DNA of 64,000 nucleotides from Victivallales bacterium (GCA_963676655.2 CAXXKX010000005.1:171955-235954), one strand, 5' to 3'. Counted from the stretch's first letter, positions 29,892-40,140 are shown. Program-made: numbers and translations. The notes: generated by a model not told the origin, from the letters alone.

Positions 29892-31004
29892 ATGAAGCCG
29901 GATTACAAAAGGAAACTGGAAAAGCTTGATCGCGAAATGAATCTTGAGCGAGTCAGAGAGGTTCAAACGCAAATCGACCAGGCATTGAATTTTGATAATG
30001 TCGATGAACTGCAATACTACATTCGTTATCATAGTCCGGAGATATGGCCGGTATATCCCGGCTGCGAATGCAAAAACGATGTTGAAAAAGACCTGATGAC
30101 TTCTTTGAGCTTTATCAAAGGTGGTTTTATTATTGGAATGCCGTCTTTTTTCAAGATTTCCACCGAACTCGGAAACTATGGAATTATTCATTCACTGTTT
30201 GGCGGCAAAGCGCTTTATCATGAGAACCAGTGCAAATGGCTGGAACCGGTTCCCGGCATGAGTCTGGAGTCTTTTATTGACAAAGGAGTTCCCGAGCTCA
30301 ACCGAGGTATAGTTGGTCAACTGACAGACAGAATTCACGCCATGCTGGACATTCTGGCCGAATACGAGAATCTGTCCGGAATTCCAATCAGTCCGATCGA
30401 CGTCTTCGGAGTGCTGGAAACCGCCTGTGCATTAATCGACCCGGCCATGCTCATTACTGAAATGATGTTGCATCCGGCAGAAGCGGCAAGTTTTTTCGAC
30501 TTGATTCTTCAAACCACTATCAACTACAATGTCATGATCGAGAAAACCTTTGAAAAAGAAATTCGGTCGGGTAGAATAGTCACGTTTAAATCGCCATTCA
30601 GTGATTATCATGAATACCGGATAGTCGAAGATTCCTCAATCCTGCTGTCGCCGGAACTTTACGCGGAATTCTGCCGGAAGTACAACGAGATCATGTTTGA
30701 AAAATTTGCCCCCGGCGGCGGCGCGGTTCATTTCTGTGGCAACGGCAGCCATCTGGTTGACGAAGTATTGCGAACGAAGGGATTGAAACATTTTGATCCG
30801 GGGCAAATAGAGTTTTATGATTTTGACGATTTGTACAAGAAACTGGCAGAGGCCCGTGTAAGTTCGTCTTTCAGAACTGAAAAAAAGATTGACCAGGCTG
30901 CAATCAGAAACTATTTGAATCGTCCCGGTCTGGTCATGACCGCATTTGCGTCGGGCGACAGTGACGATGTCTATCGAAGCTTATTTTCAATTCGCATCAA
31001 ATAA
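29892..31004 (+). CDS. URO-D (uroporphyrinogen decarboxylase)-like family protein, tentative
   Basis: 370 aa. TIM-barrel-like pattern with ..GGGAVHFCGNGSHLVDEV... Adjacent to a clearer URO-D-like paralog. Confidence 0.4.
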   Translation: MKPDYKRKLEKLDREMNLERVREVQTQIDQALNFDNVDELQYYIRYHSPEIWPVYPGCECKNDVEKDLMTSLSFIKGGFIIGMPSFFKISTELGNYGIIHSLFGGKALYHENQCKWLEPVPGMSLESFIDKGVPELNRGIVGQLTDRIHAMLDILAEYENLSGIPISPIDVFGVLETACALIDPAMLITEMMLHPAEAASFFDLILQTTINYNVMIEKTFEKEIRSGRIVTFKSPFSDYHEYRIVEDSSILLSPELYAEFCRKYNEIMFEKFAPGGGAVHFCGNGSHLVDEVLRTKGLKHFDPGQIEFYDFDDLYKKLAEARVSSSFRTEKKIDQAAIRNYLNRPGLVMTAFASGDSDDVYRSLFSIRIK

Positions 31005-31038
31005 TTTTAAATTAAGGATAAAAAGGAAAGATCAAAAA

Positions 31039-32187
31039 ATGAAACTTAAATGGCTGAAACACTCGGATCTGGCAATTAATAAACGCCCCTGTGTCAAACG
31101 GGACGAATATCTGGATTACATGACTTTCAAACGTAATGACCGGGCTTTATACACTGAGATATTCGGGCCTATCGTCGGACTGAAAGAGGAATGGGAGGAA
31201 CAAGGCGCAACAAAGGAAGAGCTGGATATGTCAGCATTTACCTACCGCGCCCCGATGATTCACCACATCGGCGTCAATACCAGCTTCATGCTGCCGCCGT
31301 CAAAGATCATTGAAGACAACGACCAGCAAACCGTCTCACTCGACGGTCTTGGCCGCCGGATGGTCCTGAAAAAAGGTTATGCCACAATCCCGCTGCCGGA
31401 AAATTATCCGGTTACCAATATGGAAGACTGGCTGAAGATCAAACCGTTTTGCGAATTCACAGAGGAGCGCGTGGCCGGAGACTGGCTGGAGCGGGCAAAA
31501 GCGGCGCGGGACGCCGGTTACGCTTTGCAAATCGGCATTCCCGGCGGTTTCGACGCGCCGCGCCAGCTTTTCGGCGAGGAAGCAATCTGCTATGCCGCAT
31601 TTGACTGTCCCGAGGTTATTCACGACATTCTCAATACCATTTCAGATACCGCATTAAAAATCTTTGAACGGATCACCTCGGAAATCCAAATTGATATCCT
31701 GAGCGTTCACGAGGATATGGCCGGAAAATCCGGGCCGATGTTCGGTCCCGACCTCATCCGGGAATTTATCAAACCGTATTATCTGAAATGCTGGAACTAC
31801 CTGCGGGAGCGCGGAACTGTAATATTTGAGCAGGACAGTGACGGCAACATGAACCCGGTAATCGACGTGTTTCTGGAATGCGGCCTGAACTGCATGTATC
31901 CAATGGAACCCGGCAGCGGCATGGACATTGTCAAAATCCGCGAAAAATACGGCGACAAACTGGCCTTTTACGGCGGTTTGGACAAATATGCTTTGCGAGG
32001 AACGAAGGAAGATATCCTGAACGAACTTGAATATAAAGTTCCACCGATAGTTGCTTCCGGCGGGTGCGTGTTCGGACTGGACCACCGCATTCCAAACGGC
32101 GTACCGCTGGAAAATTACAGATACTATCTGGCTAAACTGCAGGAAATCATCGCCCGGGAAGAAAAGAAACTCAATATTCAAATATAA
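31039..32187 (+). CDS. URO-D (uroporphyrinogen decarboxylase)-like family protein
   Basis: Start MKLKWLKH at ATG 31039 (track start 30946 overlaps the upstream gene). ..VHEDMAGKSGPMFGPDLIREFIKPYY...FEQDSDGNMNPVIDVFLECGLNCMYPMEP...FYGGLDK is typical of the family. Confidence 0.6.
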   Translation: MKLKWLKHSDLAINKRPCVKRDEYLDYMTFKRNDRALYTEIFGPIVGLKEEWEEQGATKEELDMSAFTYRAPMIHHIGVNTSFMLPPSKIIEDNDQQTVSLDGLGRRMVLKKGYATIPLPENYPVTNMEDWLKIKPFCEFTEERVAGDWLERAKAARDAGYALQIGIPGGFDAPRQLFGEEAICYAAFDCPEVIHDILNTISDTALKIFERITSEIQIDILSVHEDMAGKSGPMFGPDLIREFIKPYYLKCWNYLRERGTVIFEQDSDGNMNPVIDVFLECGLNCMYPMEPGSGMDIVKIREKYGDKLAFYGGLDKYALRGTKEDILNELEYKVPPIVASGGCVFGLDHRIPNGVPLENYRYYLAKLQEIIAREEKKLNIQI

Positions 32188-32189
32188 TC

Positions 32190-34967
32190 TTACATGCCGG
32201 AATTGTCGCCCACCATGATATTTCGACATAGTCCTTGACGCACGGCAATACCATTATCCCTGGCATTGCCGTCATCGATACATTGATTACCTGCAATTAT
32301 CACGTTTTTAGCATGATCAAGGCAAATAGTTCCCCCGTAATTTTTTTTACTCGGCAAGCGGTTCGGGTTGATGAATTTATTATTCCTGACGATAATATTC
32401 TCAGCGGACCATACAGCCAAAGGCTGCCACTGGCTGTTTCGAATAGTATTACCGGTTAACAATATATTTTTCGCGACCGGATAAGTACCGGGAAAATAAT
32501 CGTCTTTTTGCGGGTCTATGCCACCGCCGATAAAGACATCGGCGGGTGGGCGCAACGCGGTATCGCAATTTTCAATTGAATTGTTGCGAATAATGATATT
32601 ACGCGGCGGATATCCGATATGCCAGCGTTTCCAGCGGATAACTGAATGAACAACCAGAGCGGGATAGGCTGTATTGAGAATTCGATTGTTTTCAATTATT
32701 CCGTTAGGCTCTCCTATATAAAGGCCATGACACAAACCGTTTTTTATGGTATTGTCACAGATATAAAACTGACCTGAACCATAGCTTGAGGTGTTGAAAA
32801 TTATCGCCTGATTGTTGATATTCTTCGGGATGGCCCGGTCGAAAACAGCCGTTACATAATGCTTGGCCTGCCCCTTCCCTTCGACAAAAGTCCATTTGAA
32901 GCTTTGTAATTTTGCCTTAAATCCAGTGGGTGAAAAATCCCGGTTGAAAAACTCGTAAGTATCGCCGACAATAAACGCATCCGCAGCCTGCCAGTACATC
33001 AAGTCAAGAATCCGCAGGGTGTTGTCGTTAATTCTCTTAAATCCGCCGCCGAGAAAATAACTGCTGAAATGCAAGGCGTCGTCATGGGTAAATTCAAGAT
33101 AATTGTTTGCCATCTTAAAATATCCCAGCGAGTTGTGGATTTCAAAACCACTGTGGGAAGCCCAGACTTTTTCCGTTCCCGGTCGCGGCATGACTTTGCA
33201 GTTGGTAATCTCCAAAGATTTATTTCTCCTGCCGTTTATCGCCGATGACGGAACTCCGTATATTTTGATATTATCGATAGAGACATCATTGTTTTCGTCT
33301 ACAATAATTCCGACCGCAAAAAAATGCGTTTTACTTTTAAAAATCGCCCACATTCCCGGCTTTGCGCCGCGCATTTGCGCCTTGTCACGGAAAGAGAAAC
33401 GCAATATATCCGGTCCGATCATTTTATGGGATTGTGCGATGCGCCAGTAAAAATTAAAACTTTTCGTGGTACGGTTATTTATGGCAGGCTCCCAGCCCCT
33501 GACCGCGTAAACATGAAAGTCATCCGGAATTGGTTTGCCGTTGTAAGAAACCTTATAATCAACGGTCAGCTTATCGGGATTGACATTGACAATCCGCCCC
33601 TTGAATCCCAACGGCATTCTATCCCAGTTCCAGTCTATCGTGAAGTTTTTCAATTGAACCCGTTCGCACTCGAGAATCCGGAAAAAGCCGCCCAAAATCT
33701 CTTTACCCCGGGGCAGATTTAAGTCCTCGAAAATAAATTCAGAGCCCTGCCCGTCAAAAATAAAGTCCTTCATGCCGATAAGATTAAGCGTATAGATTCT
33801 CCGGGTATAATGGTTGTATTCCTTTCCCTGGTCACGTTGGTCAACCGTGGTCTTCAGAAAATTATATTTGCCTTGGGGTACAATAAGTTTATGAATATTA
33901 TTCTTCCTGCAATAATCCAGGGCTTTTTGCAAAGCTACAGTATTGGCCTGCGGAGCGCCTTTCTCAATCAAGCCGAAATCAGCGGCATTGGCCACTTTGC
34001 CATCTGCAACTGGATAGCGTATTTTAAACGGCAATGGACCCGGTATTTTTTTCAGTATTTCTTTCTCAACGGCAGCTATCTCTGATTCGCCGGCATTTTT
34101 ACCGATTTTCCGGATATTGGAGTCTGACAAGCTTTTACGGATGACGGCGGCCTGTTTTTCAGCATCACCGGCAAATGCGCCTGAAGTAGTTTGAAAAGCG
34201 GAGATAAATGCGGTCCCGCTAAATTCGGCTCCGTGTTTTTTGACCGGATAGTATTTGATATAATGCTTATTATCCACCCTGCGGTCCCAGAAAAAGCTGT
34301 TGAAACGCTCCGGTAACCGATAAACACAAACCCCGGCAATACCGGTCCCGGGGTTGAAAACGCCTATCCAGTCGGTTAAGCCGGTATCGATGAATTTATT
34401 GCCATGCTTGAAAGTACCTTTATTCAGTTGACCGGAGAAGGTCAGCCACCGGCTGTAAGGCTTGTCCCAAATGGACATGAACATATACATATTAAGTAAT
34501 TTGGCGGTATCACCGACAACCTGAAAATGAAATGACTGCTCAAGCCCTTGCGGGGTTAAAGTAATCGTGGATTTATGCGCCAGCGGACCAATTACTGACT
34601 CCTTTAAAACTTTAATAATTTGCCCACGCAAAGACTGTGATTTTACCCCGGTTAATTTTACTTCTCTGCCATCGACCAGAATTTTCAATGATTTGACAAT
34701 CTCACCACCGTGTCCAGTGCCGACAAAAGGCTCCTGTCCTTTAGGAACTTTGTTTTTGATAACCGCTCCCATCCAGCCGCTGCCGACTAAAACCGGTTTA
34801 TTCCTGAAATCCAGTTTATGGACTGTCCAGGCGAACCGGGACTCCAATTCAGCCCGATAATCTCCACTGAACAAAACCAGTTCAGTGTGTTTCGCCGGAG
34901 CGCCATTAAGAGCGGTTAGCGACAGAAGACAGAATATGACAAGATAGATTTTTCGCAATAAATTCAT
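32190..34967 (-). CDS. Large secreted right-handed beta-helix protein (putative polysaccharide-active enzyme)
   Basis: 925 aa with signal peptide MNLLRKIYLVIFCLLSLTALNGA. Repeated beta-helix turns (IIRNNSIENC, LLTGNTIRNS, IIVRNNKFIN, IIAGNQCID). Confidence 0.6.
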   Translation of the reverse strand: MNLLRKIYLVIFCLLSLTALNGAPAKHTELVLFSGDYRAELESRFAWTVHKLDFRNKPVLVGSGWMGAVIKNKVPKGQEPFVGTGHGGEIVKSLKILVDGREVKLTGVKSQSLRGQIIKVLKESVIGPLAHKSTITLTPQGLEQSFHFQVVGDTAKLLNMYMFMSIWDKPYSRWLTFSGQLNKGTFKHGNKFIDTGLTDWIGVFNPGTGIAGVCVYRLPERFNSFFWDRRVDNKHYIKYYPVKKHGAEFSGTAFISAFQTTSGAFAGDAEKQAAVIRKSLSDSNIRKIGKNAGESEIAAVEKEILKKIPGPLPFKIRYPVADGKVANAADFGLIEKGAPQANTVALQKALDYCRKNNIHKLIVPQGKYNFLKTTVDQRDQGKEYNHYTRRIYTLNLIGMKDFIFDGQGSEFIFEDLNLPRGKEILGGFFRILECERVQLKNFTIDWNWDRMPLGFKGRIVNVNPDKLTVDYKVSYNGKPIPDDFHVYAVRGWEPAINNRTTKSFNFYWRIAQSHKMIGPDILRFSFRDKAQMRGAKPGMWAIFKSKTHFFAVGIIVDENNDVSIDNIKIYGVPSSAINGRRNKSLEITNCKVMPRPGTEKVWASHSGFEIHNSLGYFKMANNYLEFTHDDALHFSSYFLGGGFKRINDNTLRILDLMYWQAADAFIVGDTYEFFNRDFSPTGFKAKLQSFKWTFVEGKGQAKHYVTAVFDRAIPKNINNQAIIFNTSSYGSGQFYICDNTIKNGLCHGLYIGEPNGIIENNRILNTAYPALVVHSVIRWKRWHIGYPPRNIIIRNNSIENCDTALRPPADVFIGGGIDPQKDDYFPGTYPVAKNILLTGNTIRNSQWQPLAVWSAENIIVRNNKFINPNRLPSKKNYGGTICLDHAKNVIIAGNQCIDDGNARDNGIAVRQGLCRNIMVGDNSGM

Positions 34968-35024
34968 GTTTCTCCAGATATAAAGTACAATGAGAGCAAG
35001 TTGTTTCCGATGCAGGATTCAATA

Positions 35025-35696
35025 TCAAAGCTTTTCCTGACCAAGGCCCCACCAAGGATAGGCCCAACCACCAAGTTGGGTACTCCATATTTTCTTGTTT
35101 AAAATATTCTTAACTTCAGAGTAGCCGAAGTTTTTGGAATGACCGTCGACAAAGAGGACATTTGACGAAGATTGACCGTGGCGCGGATAAATAATATAAC
35201 CGCCGGAATACCATGCCTCAGGATAAATCAACCATGAATATCCCGTTGTTTCACCGCCACCGGTTGGCAAATCCCGATGTCCGGAGTCCGCAAACAAGAG
35301 CATCGCCGAGTGCCGCTTGATCTTTGAAAGTTTCTGGATATCGTACAGTCTGGTAAAATCATTATAGCCGTATGATGGGGCGTCATACATATCCACGTTG
35401 GACGGAGAGAAGGCAAAGGGATCAGCCGCACAGGCAAACAGGTTTTTACGCTGTTTGACATATTTTTTGTGTTCCTCCCTTACCCATTCCCGGTAAGGCA
35501 GGTAATCTTCATATTCATTCGTATAGTTCGCGATAACCAGACCTACCTGTTTCAAGTTATTGACACACGAAATACTTTTTGCTTTATCCCGTGCTTGATT
35601 CAAGGCCGGCAGCAGCATTGAAGCAAGAATAGCAATTATCGCAATCACAACCAGCAATTCAATCAATGTAAAAAACTGTTTTTCACGATGTTTCAT
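35025..35696 (-). CDS. Prepilin-type N-terminal cleavage/methylation domain protein (DUF1559-like pseudopilin)
   Basis: N-terminus [28 protein letters not shown]-terminal [12 protein letters not shown] motif typical of PVC-group pseudopilin-like proteins. Confidence 0.85.
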   Translation of the reverse strand: MKHREKQFFTLIELLVVIAIIAILASMLLPALNQARDKAKSISCVNNLKQVGLVIANYTNEYEDYLPYREWVREEHKKYVKQRKNLFACAADPFAFSPSNVDMYDAPSYGYNDFTRLYDIQKLSKIKRHSAMLLFADSGHRDLPTGGGETTGYSWLIYPEAWYSGGYIIYPRHGQSSSNVLFVDGHSKNFGYSEVKNILNKKIWSTQLGGWAYPWWGLGQEKL

Positions 35697-36792
35697 TTTT
35701 CTTATTTCTTTCTTTTAAGTTAATGTTAGGCTTTACTAAAATCGTATTACTGTACACTGCATTACTTTCAACCAGGGCAACCAGATGATCAATAGCGGTC
35801 TTTCCCATCTTGACTCCTTTGAAATCAATAGGGTCGTTCAAAAACAGATCATCCGGAATGTCACGTTTATCAAACTGTTCCTGCAGCTGTTTTCTGATTT
35901 GTCCTTCAGAAACGACATGAAACAGTTCCCGTTCCTGTTGCCGGAATATATCCCACAACGGCAGGACCCATTGATCCCCGCCAAGACACATAAAACCAAC
36001 CTTACTATCGGCGGGAATTTTCAACTGATTTATTTTTTGCTCCAGCTCATCCCTGACAGAGCTGAAATCCTCCGCGGCCCGGTAATCAATATTTTCCGAA
36101 CCGAAATGATGACAATCAGCGTCTTTATAATATTTGAATTTAAAAATATTCCGACGATAATTTCCCATCCAGGAGTTTTCCCGTTCAATCATAATGATAT
36201 GTTCACAGCCCCTGGCCCTTAAAGCCTGCATTGACTGTTCGATCAAATACATTTCGTCCGGTAATACCGAGGTCGAAATCACCTCTTTTATATTCCTTAA
36301 CAGGAAAACAATTTTGCAGTCATTTTTCTGCAATTCAGTGTACAGTTCAATATTATTCAAATAATAACCGATCGCGTGGGGTATGGATATGACACCATCC
36401 ACCTTATCGGCTATTAGCTCTTTCAGCGCCTCAGCTTCTTCCTCAACCGAACCGCAGTAGTATTTAAATTCATAATCCTCCGGCACATTCTCCATGACGG
36501 ATTGAATAGTATTTTTGAAGATCGGGCTTTGCAGGCTGCGCCAATCACCTTTCAAGAACGATGTAAAAGCAATCTTTCTGGTGCGTTTATTATTTTTAGC
36601 CACAGCCAGACGGCGCGGCGACACCGAGTACACAATCTCACGCTCCTGCAACCGCTTCAAAGCCTGTTTGATGTTAATGCGACTGGTACCGTAGCGCAAC
36701 GCGAGTTTCCGCTCCGACGGCAAGATACCTTGAATATGGTCGTTCTCGATTTCCGCGAGCACCAGTCGTTCAATTTTTTCGTACTCTTTCAA
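35683..36792 (-). CDS. GntR-type HTH regulator fused to a sugar-binding (LacI/PBP1-like) domain
   Basis: 369 aa. N-terminal winged [34 protein letters not shown]. The remainder resembles a periplasmic-binding fold. Confidence 0.7.
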   Translation of the reverse strand: MKEYEKIERLVLAEIENDHIQGILPSERKLALRYGTSRINIKQALKRLQEREIVYSVSPRRLAVAKNNKRTRKIAFTSFLKGDWRSLQSPIFKNTIQSVMENVPEDYEFKYYCGSVEEEAEALKELIADKVDGVISIPHAIGYYLNNIELYTELQKNDCKIVFLLRNIKEVISTSVLPDEMYLIEQSMQALRARGCEHIIMIERENSWMGNYRRNIFKFKYYKDADCHHFGSENIDYRAAEDFSSVRDELEQKINQLKIPADSKVGFMCLGGDQWVLPLWDIFRQQERELFHVVSEGQIRKQLQEQFDKRDIPDDLFLNDPIDFKGVKMGKTAIDHLVALVESNAVYSNTILVKPNINLKERNKKNETS

Positions 36793-36874
36793 TTAACTTT
36801 TCCTTAGTCACTGATTTTGTTGTTTGCCTTAATTATACAGTGAGTTTTTTAATAAGTCAATACCCTTTTTGAAA

Positions 36875-36898
36875 TTTTGGTATATTTTTATACCAAAA
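36875..36898. promoter_or_regulatory. Candidate GntR-type operator palindrome
   Basis: Perfect TTTTGGTATA-tttt-TATACCAAAA, 83-106 bp upstream of the GntR-type gene. Contains the GT-N-AC core expected for GntR operators. Confidence 0.4.
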
Positions 36899-37130
36899 GT
36901 AAAAACATCAAAAAATTCAAGATATACAATCGGTATTTTCCTTTGTGGATATAGCAGGAAATTGTTATAAAAAAAAGCAGGGATCGTCAAGCATCATCAA
37001 TCAATTAAAAATCGGATAATGTGACTATCCCTTAATATTAGTCGTCAAAAAACTATTACTCCGTCTGATAATTACCTTGCTTTATATGTCGCCCCTTCAG
37101 GGCTTTTGTAAATAGATAAAAGGTTTTCTC

Positions 37131-37312
37131 AACTGTGCGGAGGTCTTCTTAACTCAATTCAACCCGAATCGAGGTTTTCGCAAATCGAGACAAATTTCAC
37201 TGTGCGACGCCGTTTTTCGATATCTACGGGCCCAGACTTTTTTCTGTGCAAGCCCTCTGTGCGCGACCTCTTAATATAATCGGGTTTCGACGTTTTTCAA
37301 TGGCTGTGCGGG
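37131..37312 (+). repeat. Candidate transposase-binding end repeats (prophage left end)
   Basis: CTGTGC(G/A) at 37133, 37200, 37244, 37257 and 37304, all in the same orientation. Interspersed with GTTTTTCGA / GGTTTTCGC / GGTTTCGACGTTTTTC motifs. Confidence 0.5.
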
Positions 37313-37315
37313 CAT

Positions 37316-37338
37316 AAAAAAAGCCCTCCGAAGAGGGC
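37316..37338 (-). terminator. Rho-independent terminator ending the leftward early operon
   Basis: On the minus strand: GCCCTC-TTCG-GAGGGC followed by TTTTTTT, starting 17 nt after the Dam stop. Confidence 0.75.
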
Positions 37339-37355
37339 CGGTTAAAAGGTTGTTT

Positions 37356-38228
37356 TTACTTACTGAATCTGTCCATTGCTTCCGGGTTTCTCCAGATACA
37401 TTCCACGCGCTTCTGTGCGCGCTTGCTGGCGCCTTCACCGAGCAATTTGTTTGTCCTGGTTCGACCAGCGGCGGAACAAACGACATCGACGGTCTGAAGG
37501 TTCCATTTTGCGGCTTTCAACGGCTTGTAAAGCTCGTTATCATACCCTGACAACATAACGGCGCCGTCATACTTTAAAAGCGCCTGGATTAGCTCCTCAT
37601 GGTCCTCGTTCTTTAGTTCATGATCGTAACCGCCAGCCTTGCGCACGCCGGCCACATAAGGCGGGTCACAATACGCGAGCCAGCCCGATCCGGAATAGCG
37701 TTTCAATACGCATCGCCAGTCGTCACACTCGATCTGAACCCGCTGCATACGCTCATGAACCTTTGGCAGATTATCAAAGCTGTTAATCCAATTTGAACAA
37801 TTTGCGGCCATTCCCCGATTACTGCTTGAGACATTCGTTCCCCAATGATTTCCGAACTGTCCTCCAAAGCATTGTCTTATGACCACATACCACCGCACAG
37901 CCTGTTCAACCGGGTCATGAATCCCGGCCCAGGAACGTAAATATTCCTCGTAAAGCTCGCGACTGACGGGGTGCAGACTAGCCCTGGCCATGAACTTACC
38001 GAACATCTCGACGTCGCTGATCACGCGGAAGAAGTTGACCACGCCGCGATTGACGTCATTGTATACTTCCACGTCGACCGGCTCTTTACTTATAAGGATA
38101 GAAGCTCCGCCGCCGAACGGCTCGACGTAATTAGTGTGCGGCGGCAGCAGCTCCAGCAGCTTATTTTTGATTTTCGGGGCTCCTTTGCCTCCGAACCAGG
38201 GGAATGGTGCACGTGTTTTACTTGGCAT
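37356..38228 (-). CDS. N6-adenine DNA methyltransferase, Dam (D12-class) family
   Basis: 290 aa. FPWFGGKG, EPFGGGASI (SAM site) and catalytic DPPY (YCDPPYV). Confidence 0.85.
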   Translation of the reverse strand: MPSKTRAPFPWFGGKGAPKIKNKLLELLPPHTNYVEPFGGGASILISKEPVDVEVYNDVNRGVVNFFRVISDVEMFGKFMARASLHPVSRELYEEYLRSWAGIHDPVEQAVRWYVVIRQCFGGQFGNHWGTNVSSSNRGMAANCSNWINSFDNLPKVHERMQRVQIECDDWRCVLKRYSGSGWLAYCDPPYVAGVRKAGGYDHELKNEDHEELIQALLKYDGAVMLSGYDNELYKPLKAAKWNLQTVDVVCSAAGRTRTNKLLGEGASKRAQKRVECIWRNPEAMDRFSK

Positions 38229-38452
38229 ATAATGCCCTTTCTTTTATTAATGCTTTTCCGGACAAAAAAAAGACGGAACTTGCACTGCACACTATAAAAC
38301 GCTACATTATTTATCCACTTTTTGAAGCGGCGTTTATTCGTGTTCGTGACGTGCTAGTTCCGTCGCGTTCGGGGATCGGTACTGGTAATACCGATTTCCC
38401 GCTTCATCTCCGCTCCGGGACGTTCCCGGCGCTTCGACTGCAATGTTGATAT

Positions 38453-39046
38453 TTATTCTGGTTTGACTAGTCCATATGAGTCTCCTTTCGTTTGTTGAAT
38501 TAATACCTTGAACGGCTTGAGGTCTTTGGGCAGATACAACGGGTGGCCAGGCTGACCGCTGCCCGTAATCTTTAACACGTTAACCTCCCATATTTCGGCC
38601 TTGTAAAGCATTCGCAGAAAAGCCTGATCCCGACCGCGAAAACTGCCGTCATTGCCCCATGCACAAACGGTCAGATCAGCAATATCGTAATAGTGCTCGA
38701 GCCAGTAATCATTCATCGGCCCGAACGGGTCACCGGCCCATTTCAGTTCGCCGGGGTCGGTTGCGCGGAACGCGAAAAGGTTCAGCATTACGATGCCGCC
38801 GAATCGCCAGGTCTTCGCGTAATTTATGCAGCGCCGGATCGTCGGATCATTGTCGACCTCGTCGGCGGTGGACGGATTCAACCCGACAAACGCGACCACG
38901 CCTTTACCCTCGGCCCAGGTTCTCCAGAGCGCGTACCGGTATTTGCGATCGTCGGAGAATTCCGCCCCGGTGATCAGCGGCGTCTGTTTCTTTTTCCGAG
39001 GCGAAAACCCCGGCAAAAAATTGTTATCCTTTTTCATTTTCACCAC
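38453..39046 (-). CDS. DUF1643-family protein
   Basis: 197 aa. YRYALWRTW...VAFVGLNPSTADEVDNDPTIRRCINYAKTWRFGGIVMLNLFAFRATDP...VCAWG matches the DUF1643 pattern as I remember it. Confidence 0.7.
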   Translation of the reverse strand: MVKMKKDNNFLPGFSPRKKKQTPLITGAEFSDDRKYRYALWRTWAEGKGVVAFVGLNPSTADEVDNDPTIRRCINYAKTWRFGGIVMLNLFAFRATDPGELKWAGDPFGPMNDYWLEHYYDIADLTVCAWGNDGSFRGRDQAFLRMLYKAEIWEVNVLKITGSGQPGHPLYLPKDLKPFKVLIQQTKGDSYGLVKPE

Positions 39047-39309
39047 CTGCTTTTCGGGCGTTTATGCCTCCGCATCCACGCGTATTCCGGGTTTATGTGA
39101 TTATGCTTGCCGCGTTTCTTTTTGGGTAACGTCACCGGGGAGTCTGTCAGTTCACGCTCTGAAATATGCAGCTCGTAATCTAAGGGGGAATAATCTATTT
39201 CCTCGTCAATTACAGCAGCCATTCCGACGCTGAGACTTACCGCAATTGCCGCTTGCAGCTGAACGCTATGAGACGACGCCATATTGCATCCGACAGTAAT
39301 AATCTTCAT
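39040..39309 (-). CDS. Small hypothetical early protein (89 aa)
   Basis: ATG 39309 forms an ATGA overlap with the Nudix stop. The track ORF (to 39390) overlaps the Nudix C-terminus out of frame. Confidence 0.45.
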   Translation of the reverse strand: MKIITVGCNMASSHSVQLQAAIAVSLSVGMAAVIDEEIDYSPLDYELHISERELTDSPVTLPKKKRGKHNHINPEYAWMRRHKRPKSRW

Positions 39310-39752
39310 GATTCTTTGCCTCCGTCTTGCGCAATTTCGGTGACTTTGCTTGTTACCGGACACTTTGCGTTTGCCATGGGTACAAGCCATGTCAAATTAT
39401 TGATTATGTTATCTGGCAAATCACAGGCTGTAAACCACCCCAGAGGCTCGCTTGTTGTTGCCTGTGGCCCTTTAGATAGCCTCTCATGCGTTTCAAAGCA
39501 GTAGACAATATGTTTTTCCCCTTTCGATTTATTATTAACCTCAAGAACCGCATACTGACGCCACTGTTTATGGTTCACTCCGGTTTCCTCTTTAAACTCC
39601 CGGATCATTGCGTCTAACGGCGTTTCTCCGTCTTCAATCTTACCTCCGACGCCGCAATAATTACCGGCCATCCATTCCGGATGATCTTTCAGGATAAGCA
39701 GGACAAACCCGCCTGAAAACGCAAACCCAACAACATATTCAAATATCTTCAT
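39306..39752 (-). CDS. Nudix hydrolase
   Basis: 148 aa. Nudix box GGKIEDGETPLDAMIREFKEETGV. Confidence 0.85.
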   Translation of the reverse strand: MKIFEYVVGFAFSGGFVLLILKDHPEWMAGNYCGVGGKIEDGETPLDAMIREFKEETGVNHKQWRQYAVLEVNNKSKGEKHIVYCFETHERLSKGPQATTSEPLGWFTACDLPDNIINNLTWLVPMANAKCPVTSKVTEIAQDGGKES

Positions 39753-40126
39753 TGTTCATGACCTTTCGTGTTGAAATACTTATCCCCGGATACCGGGTAA
39801 AAATAAAAACTCTGGAGAAAAGAAATTTTATCGGAGTTTGGAGATCGATATTTACACTTTCTCCCGTCGATTTCCACATAATAATAAAGCGCCCAACCTT
39901 TTTTTAGGTCAATAATCCGGATCACTGTATCGCCGCTTTTAAATGGGTCCGCTGACGGCTTACATTTGTAAAAGCCGCCGATCTTATATTGAATTTTCGC
40001 TTGCTCTTTGGGATTTTCTCCCGAAATTTTAACAGCCGGGGCAGATATGCCGAGTGGCGCATTATATATGAGCACAGCGTTTGCACTGGCCAGTAAAACG
40101 ATTAAAAGTAGTTCAATTTTTTTCAT
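39749..40126 (-). CDS. Secreted small protein, hypothetical
   Basis: 125 aa. Signal peptide MKKIELLLIVLLASANA. ATGA overlap with the Nudix start. Confidence 0.55.
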   Translation of the reverse strand: MKKIELLLIVLLASANAVLIYNAPLGISAPAVKISGENPKEQAKIQYKIGGFYKCKPSADPFKSGDTVIRIIDLKKGWALYYYVEIDGRKCKYRSPNSDKISFLQSFYFYPVSGDKYFNTKGHEQ

Positions 40127-40140
40127 CTTAGATTTCTCCT

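Noticed and set aside
36793-37133. tRNA or tmRNA gene as the prophage attachment site
   Set aside because: I could not fold any cloverleaf-like segment, and no GTTCGAATC-type T-arm is present. The AT-rich DNA and transposase-type end repeats point to transpositional insertion instead.
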